From: Candidatus Latescibacterota bacterium
GTDB taxonomy: Bacteria > Latescibacterota > UBA2968
DNA length: 64,000 nt
Direction: 5' to 3'
NCBI GenBank assembly: GCA_965116885.1
Contig: OZ220741.1
Coordinates: 2,976,001 to 3,040,000 of the forward strand
Shown: piece after piece, positions 45,609 to 54,330 of the stretch
Layout of the letters: every line of letters starts with the position of its first letter
Numbering within the stretch: position 1 is the stretch's first letter
Program-made: the position numbers and the translations under genes
Notes under the pieces: generated by a model
What the model was told of the DNA's origin: nothing
What the model saw: the letters and a program-made list of their open reading frames with translations, nothing else
The model's database searches: none

Positions 45609-46628
45609 CTACTTCTGATGTAGTACTCGCTGATACTCTTGATCGGCTCGCTGAATCCATGCGGGTGAAATAGTCGTTGAATACTTAAAAAAGTCAAAAT
45701 TTTCATTCTTTAAAATCTGATTGCGTAGCTTGATAATTTCTCTCATATAGGCTGCATATTTTGTCAAAAGATGATCAACCTGTTCAGCGGTCTTGAGGCG
45801 TTCAATGGCTTCGGGGTTATAGTAAGCTGATCCAGCGAGTCTCTCGTATTGAATACCTGTCAGAATTGAGAGTTCTCTTAACTCGTTATCCGAGTAGTAC
45901 TCTGAAGGCCATTTGTCCGATTTCTCTCCATTATGTTCTCGACATAGCAGCGTCGCATTTTCAGTTGTCAGAGGCCATAAAAAAACAGCGGGAAGTGTGT
46001 GATCAAGCGGACGTTCTTTGGCATCAGCTACTTTTCGCAGGTCTTTTCGGCACTTAAAACAACGATAGCCAAAATGCTTATAGACGGCTTCGCTGTCAAT
46101 TTTTTTAGTTGCAGATAGATCGAGATACATCCGTCGCTTTTGCGCTGCTTCGCGATGTTGATCCGGCAACCGGGTTTGATTTTTTATAGCATTGTAAAAT
46201 TTTTTGCACAGACTACACTCGCCCTGGCGACCTGACTTTCGAGCGCTGTGTCGATCAAACATATGAAGTGGTTTAATCGTATTGCAGAGAATACAAAACT
46301 TATACTCTTGCGCTTCCTCAATATAGTCATCGTGCGGAATTGTAAACCGGCCTTCTTCAATAATGGATTTTGTTCTCCCATCTAACAGTTTGTGCAGTTC
46401 GTACTCAAAAAATAGAGTCTCGTCACCTGATCGAATGGCTGTCTCACAAATTGGACAGGTGAGTTCGAAATCATCGCCAATCTCATCTTTACGGATAAAG
46501 ATAAATTCCCTACACTCACTATTCAAACACTGGAAGCCTTTGAAGACAACATCTCCCATTCCCCGGACGTGATCTGCACGAATCTGATTAATTTTAGCGA
46601 CTCTTGTGTACGGCTTGCGTCTCGCCAT
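45609..46628 (-). CDS. HNH endonuclease with multiple Zn-finger motifs; probable cognate restriction endonuclease
   Basis: CFKC...LDHTLP...TTENATLLCREHNGEK HNH core; CLNSEC, CPIC, CILC, CSLC; convergent with the MTase with a 4-bp gap. Confidence 0.78.
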   Translation of the reverse strand: MARRKPYTRVAKINQIRADHVRGMGDVVFKGFQCLNSECREFIFIRKDEIGDDFELTCPICETAIRSGDETLFFEYELHKLLDGRTKSIIEEGRFTIPHDDYIEEAQEYKFCILCNTIKPLHMFDRHSARKSGRQGECSLCKKFYNAIKNQTRLPDQHREAAQKRRMYLDLSATKKIDSEAVYKHFGYRCFKCRKDLRKVADAKERPLDHTLPAVFLWPLTTENATLLCREHNGEKSDKWPSEYYSDNELRELSILTGIQYERLAGSAYYNPEAIERLKTAEQVDHLLTKYAAYMREIIKLRNQILKNENFDFFKYSTTISPAWIQRADQEYQRVLHQK

Positions 46629-46890
46629 TTTAATTTCCTTATCTTAGTGATGGCCCTATATCTGAGTATAAATCCAAATCGTAAGCATTCTTCAATCGCT
46701 ACGCCGATGGCTAACGCAAAACTCCATAATCGGATAACTCTAAACGAGGGCGCAAGGACACGCTCGTAAAAGAATATGCCGCATTCGAAGTCGAAAGCAT
46801 CGCCAAACTACACAGGCCTAGAATCTCTAAGATGTCTTAGGTGCAGGTAAGCTAAGACATGCACCATTCTATACGGTATGTTGAGAATAG

Positions 46891-48231
46891 TTAGTCTGTA
46901 GAGTGAGGAATCTCGGGCTGGAAATCTTTTCCAAATAGCTTTTTATATCCGCGTGTAAATTCCTCTGTTTCTCTGAAATCCCGAAAAGCAGGCCAAGTTT
47001 GAAAACCTTCATCTGTTACTTCATCTTTTCCCATTCCACCCATGATTTGTTCTGCTACATCAAAATTTTCTAATAATACCTCACGTACAAGAAGAAATCG
47101 CGCACTTGCCGCACTCCAATCAACACTTGTGAGAAGGGCCTCCATTTTTTCCTTCTTACCACTCCATTTATAGGCCATTGCCCTATTCATAATAAAAACA
47201 CGCCTACTCAAGTCATTGGATATATGTTTATCAGGTAAGTCCATTCCATATTGGAATACAATGGCTGCGAATTCCCATCTTTCCTCTTTGAGATGATCGA
47301 ATCCCCAATCTAACAAGTGCCCATCGATAATCTCTAGTTTCTTTGGAAAGAGTCTTCGAGTGATACTTTGTGCAATGTATAATCCAAGTTCGTATACTAT
47401 TTCTACTGATCTATCAAAATATTCTTCTGATACATGTAGCTCTTCTCCCAATTTCTGATCTCCACTTAACGTGTATCCTGATTTTTTGCACGCTTCAAGA
47501 TAATGTCTATTGATAACACCACCTGAGTGTACGAATAAGTTCCGTCGTTGGACGAGTTCTGAAAGATCAGCCAATGAGGAAAATTTTTCTATTATTCCAA
47601 TTTTAAAGTGTTTGTCTAAGTAATCTAATTGTTCTAAGTGAGAATCACGAAGTAGGACGTCAATTTCCCTTTCAATAAATCGGTCTCGAATCTCATCAAT
47701 TGAGCGAGCATCTATGAATTCATCATATCTGAGCGTTTTATCACGATTTTTAAGTCTTTTCGGAAAAGTCCGATATGAAATCCTCAAAATTTCTGCCACA
47801 TGCTCATCAAGACACGATATTAGAAGAACAACAGACTGGCGACGGAACATATTTTGAGTGCGTACAATACGATTGACGATGCCGCTGAGGCGCTTTATTT
47901 TATTAATAAGTTGCCATACTTCATTGGATATTAAAATAGGAGAATTATCTGCACGTCGAAATTTAGACTCTATGACAGAAGCATTATCTGCTAATTCTTG
48001 TGAGAATTCTGCAGATTGTTGATTAAGCACTGGTACTACTGTATCAAACATTTCCCTTGCAGAATCGACATCTGTTAAAAATTTTCTTGTTGCATCGAGA
48101 AGCTCTTCATATGGTTTTTGTTGGCTCTCTTTTTCGTTTGGATCCGACTGAACTGGAGATTTCTTAGCCCGTGCTTTTTTTATGGGTGCTTTAGTCTTTG
48201 AGGTGTGCTTTGGTGCTCTGTTTTTAGCCAT
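46891..48231 (-). CDS. HEPN-like protein with helical C-terminal region
   Basis: RRNLFVHSGG (R-x4-H) with upstream helix LISCLDEHV; AT-rich gene next to the R-M pair. Confidence 0.6.
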   Translation of the reverse strand: MAKNRAPKHTSKTKAPIKKARAKKSPVQSDPNEKESQQKPYEELLDATRKFLTDVDSAREMFDTVVPVLNQQSAEFSQELADNASVIESKFRRADNSPILISNEVWQLINKIKRLSGIVNRIVRTQNMFRRQSVVLLISCLDEHVAEILRISYRTFPKRLKNRDKTLRYDEFIDARSIDEIRDRFIEREIDVLLRDSHLEQLDYLDKHFKIGIIEKFSSLADLSELVQRRNLFVHSGGVINRHYLEACKKSGYTLSGDQKLGEELHVSEEYFDRSVEIVYELGLYIAQSITRRLFPKKLEIIDGHLLDWGFDHLKEERWEFAAIVFQYGMDLPDKHISNDLSRRVFIMNRAMAYKWSGKKEKMEALLTSVDWSAASARFLLVREVLLENFDVAEQIMGGMGKDEVTDEGFQTWPAFRDFRETEEFTRGYKKLFGKDFQPEIPHSTD

Positions 48232-48264
48232 TTAATACCCTTATTGAAGAATATTTAAAAGTTG

Positions 48265-48325
48265 TGGTGGACCTGATCTGTTTTGGTGGGTACCTTATCA
48301 GTAGTTAGAAAGGCACCCTACTATG
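48265..48325 (+). mobile_element. 61-bp dispersed element, copy 2
   Basis: 48/61 identity to the reverse complement of 12928-12988. Confidence 0.5.
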
Positions 48326-48329
48326 CTAG

Positions 48330-48460
48330 GTAGTGTCTGAAAAGCCTGATTTTTCCTCTAAATACCGATTTGGGCTATTCACCAAATCCTATAAAATAAG
48401 CTGTCTGATAAAATCGCTTACAGGTCATTTTAAGCTCAAAAGTGACTTTTCAGATAGAAC
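48330..48460. mobile_element. MITE-like element (131 bp) with CTAG flanks
   Basis: Terminal IRs gtagtgtctgaaaag / cttttcagatagaac (12/15 match), CTAG on both sides (48326-29, 48461-64), no ORF. Confidence 0.65.
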
Positions 48461-48487
48461 CTAGTATGCTTTGGATTTGGGAGTACG

Positions 48488-49339
48488 TCAAGGCATCACA
48501 GCTTCTTTCCCCTGGTATTCTCGGATCCAGCCTTTTAATGGCACGTCCTCTTCTGTTGGCGATGTATAGCCGTGAATGCCAGAAGGGGAATGCCGGCACA
48601 TTTGCTTTCGGATTGGACTCAGTTCATCCCAGAAATTTTTCACATTGCATTCGCCACGGGCTTGAAGCCAGCGATAAGCGTAGCCGTAGAAGAGCACCTT
48701 GCGGGGTTGCGTCCAATAATTTGCACTCGCCGAATGCCACAACCGACGGTCAAAGATAACGGCAGAACCCCGCGGTGCGAGGATGGGTACGGCGCTTTTT
48801 ACCATCTGATTGCGATTTCCATTCGGCCACTTCATCTTATTTTTTAACTGGCTTCCCGGTATGACGTGAAAATTGCCGCGCCCGGGTTCGCTTGTATCCG
48901 ATAGGAAGTAGGCCACTTTGACAGATAAGCGCGGCCTGGGGTTTGTCTCCATCTCCTGATTCACGCGCCCGGTATCTTGATGCCAGCCGATTCCCAAACC
49001 GCGTTTGCTATCTGGTGGTTCGGGAGGTGTCACGTTCAGGTGTGCCAGATAGATTTGAATATTCCAGCCCAAAATTCCCCAAACTTTTGGGAATGTGGTG
49101 TAGTGATCTATCAGGTCAATAAATGCACGATCCCGCCCCAGAAAGTCGCGTTCGTGAACCCGTTTATGTGGTTCAATTTTTTGCTTTTCGCGTTCTTCGG
49201 CATTGACGCGATCAACCGCTTTGGTCAGTTGCCTTCTTTTGACATCGCTGAGTGCGTTTTCAATGATGAGATAACCCCGATCTTCAAATTCGAGCCTTTC
49301 GTCTTCGGTCAGGCAATGGTTTAGCCAGCGTCTGTTCAT
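48488..49339 (-). CDS. Phytanoyl-CoA dioxygenase (PhyH) family 2OG-Fe(II) oxygenase
   Basis: GYLII.NAL, WHQD, VIPGS, FDRRLWH.A..N...PR. Confidence 0.88.
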   Translation of the reverse strand: MNRRWLNHCLTEDERLEFEDRGYLIIENALSDVKRRQLTKAVDRVNAEEREKQKIEPHKRVHERDFLGRDRAFIDLIDHYTTFPKVWGILGWNIQIYLAHLNVTPPEPPDSKRGLGIGWHQDTGRVNQEMETNPRPRLSVKVAYFLSDTSEPGRGNFHVIPGSQLKNKMKWPNGNRNQMVKSAVPILAPRGSAVIFDRRLWHSASANYWTQPRKVLFYGYAYRWLQARGECNVKNFWDELSPIRKQMCRHSPSGIHGYTSPTEEDVPLKGWIREYQGKEAVMP

Positions 49340-49353
49340 GGCGTATCTCCTGT

Positions 49354-49821
49354 TTAAGAAAAGAGGTTGGCCTTTCTTTTTTTTCGATCCAGAATATAGA
49401 ATTTGATAAGTCCTATCCCGCCGATTAGACCACAGGGTATTACAATGAAGCGGTACATTGATACTTCGTCATATCGAAGCGATGCACCGGTCGCGCCTAT
49501 TGTCGCAACGACAAATGACAGGTGAATGAGTTTTTGAGATAGGTTTTTATTGACAAAGGTTGAGATCAGAATCAACGCGAGTGCGGTGTGGAAAATGACA
49601 AATCCCGCATAACCGTTTCGCACGGCGAGATCGAATTGCCAATCATAGCGATAAATCCATACCATGAGCACATGTGCCAGAATGATGAGTGCTATAGCGC
49701 GCCACAGCGCGATGGGGTGTTGTTCTCGCAGGGTGAGCACGACCATGATGGTTAATCCCACATATCCTGTGATAGCCAATAAAAATGTGATGAATATTTC
49801 CGTTGTTCCCGTTTCTACCAT
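49354..49821 (-). CDS. Hypothetical integral membrane protein
   Basis: About five hydrophobic helices; GGGAG RBS. Confidence 0.65.
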   Translation of the reverse strand: MVETGTTEIFITFLLAITGYVGLTIMVVLTLREQHPIALWRAIALIILAHVLMVWIYRYDWQFDLAVRNGYAGFVIFHTALALILISTFVNKNLSQKLIHLSFVVATIGATGASLRYDEVSMYRFIVIPCGLIGGIGLIKFYILDRKKRKANLFS

Positions 49822-49926
49822 CGAAACTATTCTCCCTTTTTTGATATGCAATATATGGCATGATATTCTGAGGACAAGAGCGTTTCACAGGGCAACGCCT
49901 GTGTATGTTTGAGACATATCATGCAA

Positions 49927-49957
49927 AACGGGTTACGACGTATTGTCATAACCCGTT
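49927..49957 (-). terminator. Hairpin terminator downstream of the tRNA
   Basis: Minus strand aacgggttatgac-aatac-gtcgtaacccgtt. Confidence 0.7.
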
Positions 49958-49965
49958 GTTTTTTG

Positions 49966-50041
49966 TGGAGCCGCCCAGCGGACTTGAACCGCTGACCGCC
50001 TGATTACAAATCAGGTGCTCTACCAGCTGAGCTAGGGCGGC
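49966..50041 (-). tRNA. tRNA-Thr (anticodon TGT)
   Basis: GCCGCCC acceptor stem, TAGCTCAG-CTGGTAGAGC D arm, CCTGA-TTTGTAA-TCAGG anticodon arm, GGTTCAAGTCC T arm, encoded CCA; 76 nt. Confidence 0.97.
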
Positions 50042-50111
50042 TTGTCGGTCAAAGATATACAAGCGGGTAATTTTTGGCAACCTCAAACCTGCTGAGAGAG
50101 GATAGCTATGG

Positions 50112-51194
50112 CTAAAAAAACGATGTTTTGTGTTTTTGTTCGCGTTCGTAGCGTTCAATGCCCAGTTGAATGAGACGATCAATTAATTCAGTATAAGAAA
50201 TGCCACTGGCTTCCCACAGCTTGGGATACATGCTGATCCGCGTAAAGCCGGGAATTGTATTGATTTCATTTACCACAAAGGTGCCGTCATTTTTGAGAAA
50301 GAAATCCGCGCGTGCCATGCCCTCACAGCACAGGACTTGAAATGTGTGAATGGCAAGGGCCTGTACCTGCTTTACAGCTTCTTCGGATAAATTAGCGGGG
50401 ATGTGTAAGATCGCGCCTTTTTCATCCAGGTATTTTGCTTCGTAGGAATAAAACTCGTGCTGTGGCAAGATTTCGCCGGGGATTGAAACAATGGGTGTTT
50501 CGTTGCCCAATACTGAACATTCGATTTCTCGACCTTTGACAAAAGCCTCGATCAGTACCTTCTTGTCGTATCGAAATGCTTCTTGCAACGCGGGGATTAG
50601 CGCGCTTTTGTCGTGTACTTTACTCACGCCAACCGATGAACCCAAATTTGCTGGCTTTACAAATAGAGGCAATCCCAGTTCTGAAATCACATCATTCACG
50701 TCCAGATTGTCCAACTGGAATTGATGTACTGTTCGCCAGGCGGCAACGGGAATATTGGCATCGCGCAACAGGCGTTTCATGACATCCTTATCCATCCCAA
50801 CAGCCGAGCCGAGTACATCGGCACCTACATAGGGGACATCGGCCAATCTCAAAAATCCCTGTACTGTACCGTCTTCTCCCAGGGGGCCGTGCAAGACGGG
50901 AAAGACCACATCGACTGAGTCGGATGCAGACTGCCCCACGAGTTCACCGCGCCCTTCTGGCCTCAATGTAATCAGTGCGTTTTGATCTGCATCGGAAAGC
51001 CCTTCTGTATTCGCTTCTGGCAATAGTTGTTCGGCTTCGTTTAAGAACCATTGACCCGATTTGTCGATTCCTATTGGGACGACTTCGTATTTGGTCTTGT
51101 CAATGGCGTCAATGATGTTGCGCGCAGATTGCAGTGATACTTCGTGCTCTGCCGATTTTCCACCAAATAATATGCCGACGCGGATCTTTTTCAT
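50112..51194 (-). CDS. ddl: D-alanine--D-alanine ligase
   Basis: FGGKSAEHEVSL, LHGPLGEDG, MDK, KPANLGSSVG, GREIE, YSYEAKY, NEINTIPGFT. Confidence 0.95.
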   Translation of the reverse strand: MKKIRVGILFGGKSAEHEVSLQSARNIIDAIDKTKYEVVPIGIDKSGQWFLNEAEQLLPEANTEGLSDADQNALITLRPEGRGELVGQSASDSVDVVFPVLHGPLGEDGTVQGFLRLADVPYVGADVLGSAVGMDKDVMKRLLRDANIPVAAWRTVHQFQLDNLDVNDVISELGLPLFVKPANLGSSVGVSKVHDKSALIPALQEAFRYDKKVLIEAFVKGREIECSVLGNETPIVSIPGEILPQHEFYSYEAKYLDEKGAILHIPANLSEEAVKQVQALAIHTFQVLCCEGMARADFFLKNDGTFVVNEINTIPGFTRISMYPKLWEASGISYTELIDRLIQLGIERYEREQKHKTSFF

Positions 51195-51880
51195 GTTTCT
51201 CTCTGCTTTTTTTTTCGCCACCACCAGAATCCGAGTATGCCCACAACGATCAGGCATGCCACGATGCGGTTATACGTTTTTAGTACAGTGACTACGAGTT
51301 GCCAGTTTTCGCCGACGGTAAAGCCAAAGTAGATCAGCAGACTATTCCACAATAATGTGCCAAATAACACGTAAAGCGTCATGCGCAGGGGGTGCATCTG
51401 GCTGATGCCGGCCACAATGCCGACAAATATCCGCACGGCGGGCAAAAAGCGGTTGAATATGACGATTTTGTCGCCATAGCGATTGAACCAGGTTTCGGTG
51501 CGGTGCAGGTTTTCTTCGTTCAAGAACTTTATATTCAACCGCAAGAAGAACGATCGACCCTTTACAAATGCGATGGCGTAAAGGAGCAAACAGCCCACTG
51601 CGCTGCCTATCCACATGGCAAAATACGCAGGCCAAACAGCGATTATCCCAATGCCAGCCAAATAAGCGCCGAATACAATCAGGGTATCACCGGGAATGAT
51701 AGGTACTATGTTCTCTAAAAAAGCACCCAGAAACAAAAAAAAGTAAATCCACCCTGGCGGTTGATTTCTCAAATAGGGGAGAAAAGAATCCCAGAGTTCA
51801 GTAAAATAGGGGAGAAAAGAATCCCAGAGTTCAGTAAAATAGGTGAGGAAAGAACCCCAGAGTTCAGTAAAGTACTCCAA
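51191..51880 (-). CDS. DedA family membrane protein with N-terminal 11-aa repeats
   Basis: LEN...IPGD, F.RYG, RFLP.VR, AG...M; TTG start inferred from RBS. Confidence 0.88.
   Translation of the reverse strand: MEYFTELWGSFLTYFTELWDSFLPYFTELWDSFLPYLRNQPPGWIYFFLFLGAFLENIVPIIPGDTLIVFGAYLAGIGIIAVWPAYFAMWIGSAVGCLLLYAIAFVKGRSFFLRLNIKFLNEENLHRTETWFNRYGDKIVIFNRFLPAVRIFVGIVAGISQMHPLRMTLYVLFGTLLWNSLLIYFGFTVGENWQLVVTVLKTYNRIVACLIVVGILGFWWWRKKKQRET
51771..51869. repeat. 33-bp in-frame tandem repeat x3
   Basis: Two identical units aaataggggagaaaagaatcccagagttcagta plus one diverged unit; encodes YFTELWxSFLx. Confidence 0.92.
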
Positions 51881-51941
51881 TTTGTATCCTTTAGATGTGA
51901 TACAGGAAGCAGTTATATTTTTGAATAAACTACACAATAAG

Positions 51942-53108
51942 TCAATAACTGTTTATTAACGCTACCGCCTGTGCTGCTATGCCTTCTTCGCGTCCGACAA
52001 AACCCATGTATTCGGTTGTGGTTGCTTTTACCGATATAAGATCAACCGACACTTCCAATGCGCGTGCTATGTTTTTGCGCATTTGTTCAATATACGGCGA
52101 TAGCTTTGGGCGTTGCGCCATCACGGTTGCATCCACGTTGAGCACCTGTGCGTGCGATTCTTTCAGAATGTGGGCCACGCGCGCCAGCAATGTGAGACTT
52201 GATATATCTTTGTACGCGGCGTCTGTATCGGGAAAGAGCTGACCAATGTCGCCGGCACCCAGCGCGCCCAATAGGGCATCGATGACGACATGGATTAATA
52301 CATCTGCATCTGAGTGGCCCAGGAGTCCTTTTTCGTGGGGAATATGTACGCCGCCTAAGATCAGCGCACGGTCTTCTACGAGTTGATGCGCGTCATAGCC
52401 CTGACCAATCCGCAATGTCGGTGTCACTTCGCCTCGTTTTTCTAAAATGTACAATCCCATGTCGAGGTCTTCTGGCGATGTAATTTTGATATTGTCAGCG
52501 CGCCCGGGCACAATGATTACAGCCTCGCCCAAACGCTCTACCAGAGCCGTGTCATCTGTGCCCAGATATCCCGTTTCGCGCGCGGCACTATGGGCGCGGG
52601 AGATTACTTCTCGGCGAAATGCCTGGGGCGTTTGCACGGCTCGCAATGTCGATCTGTCCAGGGTTTTTACGACCTGGTCGCTCTGTACGCGTTTTATCGT
52701 ATCTGTCACTGGTGTGCCCAAAACAGCGGCGCCGTGTTCAGTCGCTGCCAGGACTACGGCATTGATATCTTCGGGTGTTACATAAGCTCGTGCGCCGTCA
52801 TGGACGGCAACTACGTCGGCATCTTGTGGTATTGCTTGTAGCCCACAGACCACGGAGTCCTGTCGTTCTGCACCGCCAGCGACCACATCGACTACTTTGG
52901 GAAATTTTTTCTTTCCGAATCGTTCTCGACAAGTAGCGATGTCTTCACGTCCTACGACCAGTACAACGCGGTCAATGCGGTCTGCGCGTTCAAATGCGGT
53001 CAATGTCCAGGCCAATACAGGACGTCCGGCAAGGTCGAGAAATTGCTTTGGGATATGTGTCCCCATTCGCTTTCCCGATCCAGCAGCGAGAATGATGGCG
53101 TAGTTCAT
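51942..53108 (-). CDS. ispDF: Bifunctional IspD/IspF
   Basis: LAAGSGKRM...KQF, GGAERQDSV, VHDGAR, QTPQ, TDD, NIKIT; then RIGQGYDAH, GHSDADV..H, DIG..FPD, KATTTE. Confidence 0.95.
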   Translation of the reverse strand: MNYAIILAAGSGKRMGTHIPKQFLDLAGRPVLAWTLTAFERADRIDRVVLVVGREDIATCRERFGKKKFPKVVDVVAGGAERQDSVVCGLQAIPQDADVVAVHDGARAYVTPEDINAVVLAATEHGAAVLGTPVTDTIKRVQSDQVVKTLDRSTLRAVQTPQAFRREVISRAHSAARETGYLGTDDTALVERLGEAVIIVPGRADNIKITSPEDLDMGLYILEKRGEVTPTLRIGQGYDAHQLVEDRALILGGVHIPHEKGLLGHSDADVLIHVVIDALLGALGAGDIGQLFPDTDAAYKDISSLTLLARVAHILKESHAQVLNVDATVMAQRPKLSPYIEQMRKNIARALEVSVDLISVKATTTEYMGFVGREEGIAAQAVALINSY

Positions 53109-53131
53109 GGTAAGCTTTCAGCTTTTTGCTC

Positions 53132-54313
53132 TTATGCGTTATACTGATCCTGTTCCCGTTTGGCCCAGTCGGCGTTGACAAACATGTTCAGGCCCGGATC
53201 GGCGTATATGCCGTCTATTTTGTCGCCGTCGTGCTGTCGCAAGAAGTCGATGTCGATCTCTACACCCCAGCCCGGACCACCGGGCAATTCAAAATGACCA
53301 TCTACGACTTCGGGGTACGGGGTTCCCGCGCGTTTGACGTGCTCATCTGCAAAATCATTAAAATGTTCGAGCACTTTGCCATTGCGGAGGGTTGCCATCA
53401 GGTGAAGGGTCGCAACGGTGGTGATAATTCCGCCGACATTGTGCGGCGCGACCATCACGTTGTAGGTTTCAGCCGTTGAGGCGATTTTTTTGGTTTCCAA
53501 TAGGCCGCCACACTGGTTTAAGTCTGGCTGGATAATATCCACGACCCGCATGGGAAATAGGTCTCTAAATTCTGCGGCTTTGTAAAGCCGTTCTCCGGTT
53601 GCAATTGGAATGGACGTGTGTTGCGCTACTTTGGTCAATGCACCCAAATCTTCCGGACGCGTCGGTTCTTCAATCCATCCCGGGCGCAGGTGTTCAATTG
53701 CTTTGGCGATTTCGATGGCCTGATGCGCTGCAAACCGACCGTGCATTTCCACAAAAATTTGTACGCGATCACCCACCACGGAATGCACGGCTTCGATCAA
53801 TTCAACAGATTTAAAAAATTCGTCGCGCGTCAGTTCCAGGTTGCCATTGCCAAATGGATCGAATTTTAGACCGATATATCCGCGGTCGATCACTTTTTGA
53901 GCCGCTTTGGCAAATTCTTCTGGCGAACGCTCCACTGTGTACCAGCCATTTGCATAAGCGGGCACGCGATCAATGGTTTTGCCGCCGATGAGATTGTACA
54001 CGGGCTGATTGGTCAATTTGCCAATACAATCCCAACACGCCATTTCTACGAGTGCCAGTCCGGTCATCACAACTTCACCCGGCACACCGAAATCGTGGAG
54101 TGTAAATCGGCAATACAGGTCCTCTATATCGTACACACTGTGTCCGATGAAATGACGCCTGGTGTCTTTCAGAAATTCCAGCACAGTGTGCGTTTTGCCC
54201 AGGACGCGCGCTTCGCCAACCCCACGTGTGCCGTCTTCCAATTCGATGAATACATACGTCAAATTGCGCCAGGGCGTTCCCAGCACATAAGTTTCGTAAT
54301 TTTTGATTTTCAA
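53132..54313 (-). CDS. Mandelate racemase/enolase superfamily acid-sugar dehydratase (DgoD-like)
   Basis: WDC.GK...PVY.L.GG, YANGW, LKFDPF, EMHGR, WIEEP, ATGERL, IQPD, APHN; TTG start with AAGGAG RBS. Confidence 0.85.
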   Translation of the reverse strand: MKIKNYETYVLGTPWRNLTYVFIELEDGTRGVGEARVLGKTHTVLEFLKDTRRHFIGHSVYDIEDLYCRFTLHDFGVPGEVVMTGLALVEMACWDCIGKLTNQPVYNLIGGKTIDRVPAYANGWYTVERSPEEFAKAAQKVIDRGYIGLKFDPFGNGNLELTRDEFFKSVELIEAVHSVVGDRVQIFVEMHGRFAAHQAIEIAKAIEHLRPGWIEEPTRPEDLGALTKVAQHTSIPIATGERLYKAAEFRDLFPMRVVDIIQPDLNQCGGLLETKKIASTAETYNVMVAPHNVGGIITTVATLHLMATLRNGKVLEHFNDFADEHVKRAGTPYPEVVDGHFELPGGPGWGVEIDIDFLRQHDGDKIDGIYADPGLNMFVNADWAKREQDQYNA

Positions 54314-54330
54314 GGGGTGCTCCTTTTTCG

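Noticed and set aside
46629..46890. C (controller) protein gene upstream of the HNH nuclease
   Set aside because: No ORF with a start, RBS and HTH-like sequence was found in the frames I read.
49966..50041. attL/attR duplication of the tRNA-Thr or guaA 3' end
   Set aside because: No second copy was seen by eye and no integrase is present; an exact search would be needed to exclude short cores.
51771..51869. CRISPR array
   Set aside because: The units are contiguous with no spacers, in frame within a gene, and no cas genes are present. No CRISPR array was seen anywhere in the window.
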